Below are positions 27,045-36,909 of a stretch of 64,000 bases of DNA, piece after piece. Source of the DNA: Azolla caroliniana (Eukaryota; Plantae; Polypodiophyta). Made by a program: the position numbers and the translations under genes. The stretch covers positions 12,400,001-12,464,000 of the forward strand of contig JBHGNT010000016.1 of the NCBI GenBank assembly GCA_043228905.1, in the 5' to 3' direction. Within the stretch, counting starts at the first letter, position 1. Every line of letters begins with the position of its first letter. The notes under the pieces were generated by a model. That model did no database searches, was not told the origin of the DNA, and saw only the letters and a program-made list of their open reading frames with translations.

Positions 27045-30000
27045 ATGGAAGAATCCTGCGGCGGCATGTTGAAGCTCACCGACTCCAACTACTCAGTGTG
27101 GAAGTTGAAAATGAGGGACATGCTCATGGTTAAAGATCTTTGGTTGCCGGTTCAGTTTGGGGACAAGAGATCAGACAAGATCGATGCCACGATATGGGAG
27201 GTGATGCACATGAAGACAACGACGTACATACGGTGCCTCATCGACATGAGCCTATACAACAACTTCAATGAAGAGAGCAAGGCTCATGAGCTTTGGGAGA
27301 AGATCGACATTATGTTTCATAACAAAAATGTTGTTAATCGGGTTTTGGTATTCCAGAAGCTAGTGAGGCTCCGGTACCAAGATGGCTCCAACATGGCGGA
27401 GCACATGAATGCCTTCCAAGGGCTGATTCACTAGGCAACATCGTTGGAAGTACCTCTCGTCGATGAGGTACTAACATTGCTCCTGCTCGGTTCCCTCCCA
27501 GATAGCAGGGAGACGTTAGTTGTCACTTTGGGCAATGCCGGGCCGGAAGGGAAGCAGTTGTCCCTACCAAGAGTCAAGTCGAGCTTGCTAGATGAGGAGG
27601 CGCGTCGGAAAGACAAGGATACAATCTCTGACTCCAAAGTGCTCCTTACTGAATCGGAACGCGGAAGACAAAGGATCCGGAGTCCCCAGAACTGGGAAAA
27701 GTCTGGGACACGGTCAAAGTCAAGAGGAAGGCCTACTTGCTTCTACTGCGACAAGCCGGGACATTTTCAGAAGAACTGTCGGCATTTCCGGAAAGACAAA
27801 GAAACCGACAGTACCGATTCGAAGCGGTCACCGGACTGAAACGGTAAAGACCGGAGGGGACCGGACCGGAAGCGAACGACGGAAATCGCGGAAAGTGAAG
27901 AGGAGTTGATGCTCATCACCGAGGAGAGTGAGTGGAACCTTGCCGACGATGAGACAATGTGGGTTGTTGATTCCGGAGCGTCGTTCCACCTGACCCGGAC
28001 CAGAAATGCTTCTCATCCTACACAACCGGTGAGCACGGTTTTGTCCGGATGGGGAATGAAGGTACATGCCGAATTGTCAGCATAGGAGACGTGTGGTTGA
28101 CAACACCAACCAGATGGAAGTTGTTGCTGAAGGATTTCCGACACATTTCAGAGGTTCAATTGAACCTGATATCAGCCGGTCAGTTGGATGATGAAGGCTA
28201 CACGGGTAGCTTCCAGAACGGTGTCATGAAATTCAACAAAGGGAGCTTGATAGAGGCTCGGGCCCAAAAAGTCAACACATTGTACCTGATGAATGCCCGG
28301 TTATGGCCGGAAGACGTGAACGTGGCATCCAACATTGCCGGTAAGCTGTGGCACAAGAGACTGTGTCACATGAGTGAGAAGGGGATGAGGAGGCTTGCCG
28401 ATGATAACCTCATTCTGGTAAAGAACATGCATCTTGGGAGGTGCATCGACTGCCTGGCCGGTAAGCAAAACCGGACCTCCTTCTGATCAAGGCCACCGAT
28501 GAGACGTAATGCACCACTGGAGCTGGGGCATACCGATGTGTGTCAAGTAGACACAAAGTCACATGCCGGAGCGCAATACTTCATGACTTTCATAGATGAC
28601 CACAGCCGGAAGCTGTGGGCCACACCACTGAAGACGAAGAACCAAATGTTATCTGTCTTCAAGGAGCTCCACGCGAGAGTGGAAAGAGAAACCGGCCGGA
28701 AGCTGAAGGCGATTCGAGCAGATAATGGAGGAGAATACCGGGGGCAGTTCGAGGAGTACTGTGCTCGAAGGGAATCCAGCTCGAGTTTACTATCCCGAAG
28801 ATGCCGGAACTCAATGGGCTGGCCGAGAGGATGAACCGGACCATAATGGAGAGGGTCCGGAGTATGCTAGCACATGCTAACCTACCCAAGGCGTTTTGGG
28901 CTGAGGCGCTGTCGACAACGACGTATGTGATAAACAGGTCACCCTCAGTACCCTTGGACGGAGACTCACCACAGAAAGTATGGACCGGTAAGGATGTATC
29001 TTACCGGCATCTAAAGGTGTTTGGGTGTCTCGCTTAGATGCATGTGGCAAAGGACTGGAGAGCAAAGTTGGACCCAAAGTCCCGACCTTGCATATTCGTT
29101 GGATACGACGATGATGAGTTTGGCTACCGAGTGTGGGATCCGGTTAACAAGAAGGTTTTCCGGAGTCGGGATATTATCTTCATTGAGGACAAGACCCTTG
29201 CCGACTGGGAGTCGGAGAAGAAGATAATGAACTCTGAGTCGACTGGTAAGGATCGGTTTGATGAGATTCAAACCTACCTGGCTAAGAGCCGGTTGACACT
29301 CGAAGAACCGGCCGATGACGGTGAGGATACCGAACCGACCAAAGAAGAAGAAGAAGCAGAAACTGGAACCGGCCAAGACCCCAAATCGGATTCGAATGAA
29401 GAACAAATAGAGGAGCCGGTTGCCGAAAGCCAAAGACGGAGATATCTTCTCAAAGAGAGAAAGGCCCCCTAGAGATTTCCGGATGAAGAGCATGTGTTGC
29501 TGACCGATGAGGGGGAGCCGGAAAGCTTCGAAGAAGCGAAGGATGACACCCATAGGCAAAAGTGGTTGAGTGCCATGCAGGACGAGATGGATTCCCTGCA
29601 TGAGAACCACATGTATGAATTGGTGGAGTTGCCAAAAAGAAAGAGAGCACTCCGAAACAAGTGGTTGTACAAGCTGAAACCGGGAGATGTCCGCAAATCC
29701 CCGAGATACAAAGCCAGAATCGTGGTGAAGGGGTTCTAGCAGAAGAAGGGCGTGGACTTCGACGAGATATTTTCCCCGGTAGTAAAGATGACTTCTATCC
29801 AAACGGTGTTTGTTACCTCGTACGAGATGTACGGAGAGTCAAGTGTGATGAGCGAGGGTCGAATGTTATCATAATGTTGTGTATGTGTAGGGGGCATAAA
29901 TGTAATTGTGAGTCGATACGTATGTGAACACATGCACACGTGTGTGCATGTGGATGGATACGAGGAGGTATGAGTGAGTGTCCAGTATGAATGCTCTAGG

Positions 30001-31660
30001 GGGCTTACACCCCTTTGTATCTACCCCCTCTTGTACTATTTAACCCCCTTATGGGGAATGAATGAAAAATGAATCATTTCTCTCTATCTATCTCTCTTTT
30101 CATCTCTCTCTCTCTCTCTCTTCCCTCCCCTTAACGTTGAACCCCCTTGGGAGGGGGGTGGAGCCATTCTAGGCACCACCCCCCACCCCGCAATGCTTCT
30201 CAATGCACATGATCTCTCTCGCCATCAATCCCATACTCTCCATCATCATCATAACCACCATGTCTATCTTTATCATGATTATCATCGTCCTTAACCTTAG
30301 CCCTAAAACATACAACACCTTTTGATAACATTCGACCCTCGCTCATCACACTTGACTCTCCGTACATCTCGTACGAGGTAACAGTGTTTAGCATAGCGGC
30401 AAGCATGGACCTCGAGGTAGAGCAGTTACATGTGAAGACAACATTCCTCCACGGTGACCTCGAAGAGGAGATCTACATGCAGCAACCGTAGGGATTTGTG
30501 AAGAAAGGGAAGGAGCACCTGGTTTGCTGGTTGAAGAAGAGCCTCTACGGTTTGAAGCAGGCTCCCCGACAATGGTACTGGAAGTTCGACTCCTTCATGA
30601 CCGATCAAGGATACCACGAGACATAGGCCGATCACTGCGTATTTATGAAGAAGTTCGAAGGGGGAGACTTCCTGATACTCCTGTACGTAGACGACATGTT
30701 GATCGTTGGACGAGACCAAGTCAAGATACGGATGCTGAAGAAGGCCCTGAACCAGACCTTCTCAATGAAAGACTTGGGTCCGGCAAGATAGATATTGGGG
30801 ATGCATATCATCCGGGACCGGTCAACGAAGCAGTTATGGCTGACACAGGAAAAGTACGTGACAAAGGTACTTCAGCGGTTCAACATGTTGGACGTGAAAC
30901 CGTTCAGATCGACACTTCCGGCAAACTGCAAGCTATCCGGTAAACAAAGCCCAAAGATGAAGGCAGAGAAGGCGGATATGATGAAGATACCATATGCCTC
31001 TACCGTCGGGAGCTTAATGTGCGCGATGGTATCTATCCGACCGGATATCGGATACGCAGTCGGAGTGGTGAGCCGGTTTATGAGCAATCCCGACAAGGAT
31101 CACTAGAATGCGGTAAAATGGATACTCCGGTACTTGAAAGGTATCTCAAGTATGTGTCTCCGATTCGGCTCCGGTAAACCCCAACTTGACGGTTTTACTG
31201 ATTCAGATATGTCAGTTGATGCGGATACCAGCCGGTCAACATCGGGATATGTTATGACATATGCATGGGGAGCTGTTTCGTGGCAGTCGAGGTTGCGGAA
31301 GACGGTTGCGTTGTCGACCATGGAGGCGGAGTACATGGCGGTTGTGGAAGCCGGCAAGGAAATACTATGGATGAAGGACTTCATCGAAGAGCTAGGGATC
31401 CGACAAGAGGAATACCGGCTCTATTGCGAAAGTCAAAGTGTCATCCACCTTGCGAAGAACGTAACATATCATTCCAGGACGAAGCACATCGAACGGGGTA
31501 CCACTCGATCCGGGAGCGAGTGGAAGAGCGAGAGTTCGTGCTGACGAAGATTCACAAGGAGGAAAACGGGTCAGATATGCTGACCAAAGTGTTGACACTT
31601 GACAAGCTGGATGCATGTCGGAAGTGGATTGGATTGACGAGGCATCCGATGCTGGAGTGA
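27045..31660 (+). pseudogene. gag-pol: Element H gag-pol
   Basis: KLTDSNYSVWKLKM, CFYCDKPGHFQKNC, VVDSGASFH, NGLAERMNRTI, LYVDDML, ALSTMEAEY. Confidence 0.93.
29811..30383. mobile_element. 573-bp TG..CA element with perfect 61-bp TIRs and 5-bp TSD (solo-LTR-like or MITE-like)
   Basis: 29811-29871 is the exact reverse complement of 30323-30383; TSD GTGTT; removal restores the H RT frame TSIQTVFSIAASMD. Confidence 0.9.
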
Positions 31661-33222
31661 AGGGGCAGTTTGTTAGGATTTCGGTTCCTCTGGATGGGAT
31701 GACAAAGGCCCGGGGAGAACCGGATGATGAAGGCCTGGTGAGAACTAAATGACGAAGGCCCGGTGAGAACCGGATGTTGTAGGCCGGATGAGAACCTCTC
31801 ACCGGATGAAGGGACATATATGTAAATATGTTCCAGAGAGCCCACATGGGCTATATTTGTAAATAGCTTGGAAGTCATATTAGTATAAATATTACCTAGC
31901 ACAAACACGGTAAGCAAGTCGTAGTTGTCATTATTTGTTGTATAGAGTTATTGGTGTAATTGTTGTACAGAGCGTAGGAGAGAGAGAGAGAGATACAGAG
32001 TGATTCTCTGTTGTAACCACCGCCAAGCGAAGACTGTGAGCACAAGGTCGTTGCCTTTGTGCTCCCCTGTTGTATTCTCCTTACATAGTGATAGTTTGGA
32101 GTCTGTGGGATCCCGTGGTTTTTCCCATTTAGGGTTTTCCACGTTAACATACTATGTACACTCTATCTTGCTCTATTGTTTGTGTGTATACGTCCATTTC
32201 TTCCTATTCCCATCTTTTTGTGGTTGATCCTAAGACTCGGTTGTGGCTAGGCAATATTCCGCATATTCCTGTCAAGGGGGAGAACAGGTGAAGACACTGG
32301 AATGGGCAAAGGCAAAGAAACTGCCGATTTCGCCGGTGAGGGAAGAACCGACAGAGGGAGAGACAAGAAAAATAAAGGAGCTGAGTCGACAAAGGAAGTT
32401 GACACATCCGAACAAGTTGGAACAAGCGGCAACGGCCGTAGAGTCAAGAAGGACAGAGCCAACCGGAAGAAGAAGGTCAAGACCCGGACATGGTCCGATG
32501 TGGTGAAGGGCCTGGAACCGGAAAATTAATCGGGAGTGACCTATTCGGACAAGAGCTAGAACAAATCAGAGACAATCGATTCGGTTCAATAGACGGATTC
32601 GGAAGAACCGGATCAATTCAAGGCCAAGAGGACGAGAAGGTAGCAAAAGTCGACGCCAACACAAAGGAATCGGCAAATCAACAAGCACCGAAGTCACAAC
32701 AGCGATGGAGTTGATTTGGGTTTGTTGAGCAGACAAGCCGACCAAGGAGGTCGAGGTGCGCAGAAATAGAAGGGTCGCGGCAAACGGGATCGGACCGGAA
32801 GAGGAGCGCGAGCAAGGCGGAGTGACGCTAGAAGGAGGTGGGTGGAAGGATCGGCTGCCATGGAGACTGACACTATGATCCGACCTCAAGTTTAGCTTGA
32901 GGGGGAGTGTTGAGCGGCAAGCTCAACCGGATCCGGATCGGCTGAATAAGCCTGAGCCGGATCGGCATCCGGAAGGATGAGCCGGATCGGTGAGTTGGAT
33001 CGGTGTGGAGCCGGTTAGCTGGATCAAGCAGTAACCGGAGGACAAGTAACAACTAGTCTACTAGGGAGTTAATATCTCGTAGTTAGTGTCAGACGCTCAT
33101 GTGAGCATTGAAGTACACCGTACTTCTGTCAGTCCGTATGGACTTGTATAAAAGTGTTCACTGAACAAATACAATGTACAAAGTATTACAGATTGAGTAT
33201 TATTTTTGAATTGAGTTTCTGT

Positions 33223-33254
<32 letters not shown>

Positions 33255-33341
33255 CCGTGTACTATGTATATTCTAAGCTCTCCATTAAACCTGCGTTTCT
33301 GTGTTCGGTTTTCTATTGCTTCCATGCGCTATTCTCTTATA

Positions 33342-33860
33342 GGTGTCCTCTAGAAGCATTGCAAGATCTTTCCGGTCCCGGACATCCACGGCTCGTAAGA
33401 ACATGATCACTTTGTCCGGTGCGAGGATAGCTTGATCTCTCGCGGAAAACCTCCCGAACCAACTTTCGAATGCCGAAAACACATTGAGGACCTTCAGCCC
33501 CTTGTCTGGCGTTTCCACCCAATCTTCGAATCCCCTCCGCGTTGCCTTGGAGGAGTCCTCGATGGCGAACATGGTCTTTAGCGCTTCTTCAAATGCTTCA
33601 CACGTCGGATTTTGTTGTTGTATCCCGTGGATACTCCCTTGAAGCCCCTCCGTAGCCACCCGATTGAAGGATGTCACCTGCAATCCTTTCGATATTCTAC
33701 ACCGTAGCATTTCCATCTTGTAACCCCGCAAATATCGCGACACATCCTTCTTGTTGAATTGCCCGTTACGTTGCACGAGCTGCTCTACTGGTCGCCGCAA
33801 TCTCCGACATAGCGCATTATTCTTGTAGCATGCACTCGAACATCGCCATCATGTTGTTAG
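33342..33860 (-). pseudogene. gag: Element D gag N-terminus
   Basis: ORF 33285..33800 (GQFNKKDVSRYLR); follows the PBS; continues at 21581 after G is removed. Confidence 0.8.
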
Positions 33861-33895
33861 CCTCTTGTTGATTTTCCATCTCCTTGCCACCCATT

Positions 33896-33913
33896 TTCAC
33901 GTCGGGCTCACCA
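33896..33913 (-). promoter_or_regulatory. PBS of D, complementary to tRNA-Trp
   Basis: TTCACGTCGGGCTCACCA versus the plant tRNA-Trp 3' end TTCACGTCGGGTTCACCA (17/18; tRNA sequence from memory). Confidence 0.8.
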
Positions 33914-33917
33914 CTTG

Positions 33918-34569
33918 TGTCAGGCCTTTTGCTCTGGATCGTTTGCGTGAGTTGGTTTGGAACCGCTGGGGTTTTGGACTAGGAGAAAGAAGAATATAAG
34001 ATAAGGTTAGTTATGAATAGATTGAAAGAGGAATATATGAAACTCGTGAATCCCACGAGTATAGTGTATTAATTGATACTTCGATTGTAAGAGACAAATA
34101 CTTAGATTGCAAAATCGTGAATCCCACGAATATTTTATATTAATCAATCCTTATAAAAAATCAACAACCCGTATACATCTTTCTCTCTTCCTTATATAGT
34201 GATGGAAGAGTCTAAGTTTATCACATGCAAGCATCATGGTTTTTCTAACTTTAGTTTTCATGCACACTACATGTGCATGATTAGCTTTCTATCACATCTT
34301 CTCTTTTTAACTCAAGTGTGTATGCATGAATAACTTTGTCTATCATGCTTATCTAGAATATTTACATGGGATAAAGTTTAGTATAACTTTAAAGCTCATA
34401 ATATCCTAGTACAACGGTAAGGCTTAAAATCGTTAACATGGAGGTACAGGGTTCAAATCTTGCCCTATGCATGCAACATAACTATTATAGTATTTCTCCT
34501 ATTTCTTTGTACTTAGTCAATCGAGGACTCCACACATATTTTACGTAGTGTACAAAGTACACGACGACA
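33918..34569 (-). repeat. 5' LTR of D, with tRNA-like cassette at 34407-34466 on the + strand
   Basis: Repeat of 15108-15748; TAGTACAACGGTA...GGGTTCAAATC. Confidence 0.93.
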
Positions 34570-36170
34570 CCGACAACCGCCAAATGTTGCCATTTGGGTT
34601 GGTCCCCATACATCTGAATGTATTACATCCAGGATCCCTTTGCTTTTGTTCCTCTCTTTTGGGAGTGGTTGTCGGTGTTGTTTGTCAAATTGGCAAGGTT
34701 CACACACACATGCAATTTCCTTGTTGGTGAGGGTCGGGAGTCCGATGACGACTCCTTTCGACTGCATTCCCTTGAGCTTTTGGAGATTGATGTGGCTTAT
34801 CCTCTTGTGCCATAGCTCTATGTCGGCGTTGGCTCTTTGGCCCTTGGCATACATTGTCGAGTTCATCTCATGGGAATTGAGGATGAACATCCGACCTTCT
34901 CTCCGACCACGAGCAATAAGTCAGCCTTCTTTTTCGATGAAGCATCCTCTATTGTGGAAGCGTACTTGCAAGCCTTGTTCGACTATTTGGCCAAGTGAGA
35001 CTAAGTTCTTTGTTATTGTCGGAACATGCAGAATGTTCTTGATGTAGGTTTGGTTGCATTCTTCCCCAAATGGGACGTTGGTGACATGCTGAATGGGATG
35101 AATTGTGTCATCCCCAATTTCCACATAGCCGGGTCGTTCGGGCTTTCATATCTCCTTGAACCAATCCTCGTGAGATGTCATGTGGTTGGATGCACCTGAG
35201 TTGACAAACCATACATCTTTTGGTTTGGAGGTGTTGGTCGGGTTGGAGGTTGTCATCGAGTTCGATCTGTGCCTCATCACAAACATTCCGCCATGATTGT
35301 CGTAGTCGGAGTTGGAGGCATAGTTTGTGAATTGTCGGCTTGTGGAGGCTGACTCACTCTTCGTTTTCCGACACTCTCCCTCATAGTGGCCGAATTAACC
35401 ACAATATCCGCATTGGGCAGTATTGTTTTGTTGGTTGGGTCTAGCTTGATTGCTCCCCCTTCTTTCGGACACTCCGCCTCGTGCATTTGAAACATCTTGT
35501 CAGCAATAGAAGTTATGTTCTCAGGGTTGCTCTTGGTTGTTTCGGCCTCTTCTTCCCTGACGTTGTCCTCTTCCTCCATCGAAGTTTGAATAGATCATTT
35601 GGCCTTCTTGTGCATTGCTTCTTGTTCGAAGATGATTCTCCTCGACCAACAACATTGATTGGAGATCAAAGGAGGGAGGTTTCTCCCTCGTGAGGATTGT
35701 CGACCGAATGACTTTGAACTGAGGTGCTAAAATCTGCACCATTTCATCGTCGTCAATGCTAAAATTGATCGAACTGAGAGCATCGCACAACTCGGTGATC
35801 TTCAAGGTGTAGCTACTGATTGACATGTCCCTTTGTTGTATAATGTTCAGCTCTTGACGGAGTTGAAGCTTTCCTGCGGTCATGTTTGCCGCAGAAATCT
35901 TCTTGAGGTTCCCCCACGCCTCCTTCAACATTTTGGCCTCTTGGATGTAGCCGAGAATGTGATCATGGCCGCATGATGCAAGGTAGTACAACACATAACT
36001 CACCAAGCTAGGTGATCGGCATGTGTTGGGTTGGGTTGATTTTCGTTTGCTCCTTCGCCACAATTCCAATAGCCTTGGCCGACAAGGTATTGGTGCATCT
36101 TGTACTCCCAAGATGCAAAGTTGATTTGGCGAGCCTCTCGGTAGGAAGAGCGCTTCCCATCTAAGTGTTC
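34570..36170 (-). pseudogene. gag-pol: Copia B gag, protease and integrase N-terminus
   Basis: NFASWEYKMHQYLVGQGYW, WFVNSGASNHM, LWHKRISH, IHSDVWGP. Confidence 0.9.
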
Positions 36171-36319
36171 ATTGTCGAACTTCTTCATCTTCTCCTCTTG
36201 GATATGATCTGTGTAGGTTGCTGCTACAATGATCAACCGATTGTTTCCGAACGTGGGATTCAACACAACACATGCAGAGGCCGTGGGCATGGATCAAGCT
36301 ACTACACACTCTGATACCA

Positions 36320-36377
36320 TGTAAAGAATCAGTGATGATTCTGTGCAGAGGAAGAACTGTGTGTGTGTGTGTGTGTG

Positions 36378-36415
<38 letters not shown>

Positions 36416-36692
36416 ACGAAAAACTGAAAACTGTATTACAAGGAAAACAAGAATAACCAACATTACAAAAGAGAAGGAGAAGGTGCTTATGTAGTCACCT
36501 TCTCTCTAAGTTCTCTTACTAGTATTGCCTCTTGGGAAAGAGGTGGTGTCTTAACTACTTAATGAATATGTGTCACAGGACATTAACTTCTATGACACAC
36601 TAGTTACTATACAAGGAGGTGGGGGGTGTTCACACACTTGAGTATCCTAGAGTGTGTTCTCACTCACGAGAAGTTGAGTTTGATTCTCAACA
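36320..36692 (-). repeat. 5' LTR of Copia B
   Basis: TGTAA...CAACA; Met PBS directly adjacent. Confidence 0.92.
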
Positions 36693-36900
36693 TTCCTTAT
36701 ATAATTATTTTAGCGAAATAGCTGAAATCCTATGAGCAAATGCTTGAGGTTTCATATTGTCTTGTTAGCGACACTTGATTTCTCTCTTTCTCCAGTCGAT
36801 TTTGGGTTACACAGTTCAAACCAACCCTAGGACAATTGGATGTTCAGGGTTGCTAACTATATTAAAAGATATTACACATGCCTATTTATCTAGCACAACA
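36693..36900 (-). pseudogene. pol: Element Z protease-end fragment
   Basis: Minus-strand EHPIVLG...NPKIDWRKREI aligns with F 42530-42610. Confidence 0.75.
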
Positions 36901-36909
36901 CAAATTTCC

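Larger units (their letters stand above)
26414..32274 (+). mobile_element. Ty1/Copia (Tork/Tnt1-like) element H
   Basis: LTRs 26414-27014 and 31671-32274; TSD AGGGG; PBS TGGTATTAGAGC at 27018-27029; PPT at ~31659-31668. Confidence 0.94.
21582..33341 (+). mobile_element. Ty1/Copia (Bryco/RLC5-like) element G
   Basis: LTRs 21582-22040 and 32908-33341; TSD GGTGT on both sides; PBS TCGTATCAGAGC at 22041-22052; PPT GAGGGGGAG at 32899-32907. Confidence 0.93.
15108..34569 (-). mobile_element. Ty3/Gypsy element D (tRNA-Trp primed, 4-bp CCGG target)
   Basis: LTRs 15108-15748 and 33918-34569 (TGTC...GACA); TSD CCGG/CCGA; PBS at 33896-33913; PPT from 15749; gag 33342-33860, pol 17851-21581, integrase 15805-17028. 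Confidence 0.92.
5310..36692 (-). mobile_element. Ty1/Copia (Bryco-like) element B, expanded to ~31 kb by nested insertions
   Basis: LTRs 5310-5663 and 36320-36692; PBS ctctgatacca at 36309-36319; TSD TTCAT/TTCCT; coding pieces at 5818-7583, 14350-15107 and 34570-36170 rejoin once C and D are removed. Confidence 0.9.

Noticed and set aside
29011-29802. 263-aa antisense ORF and similar shadow ORFs opposite pol genes
   Set aside because: Antisense shadows of retroelement coding sequence with no independent motifs.
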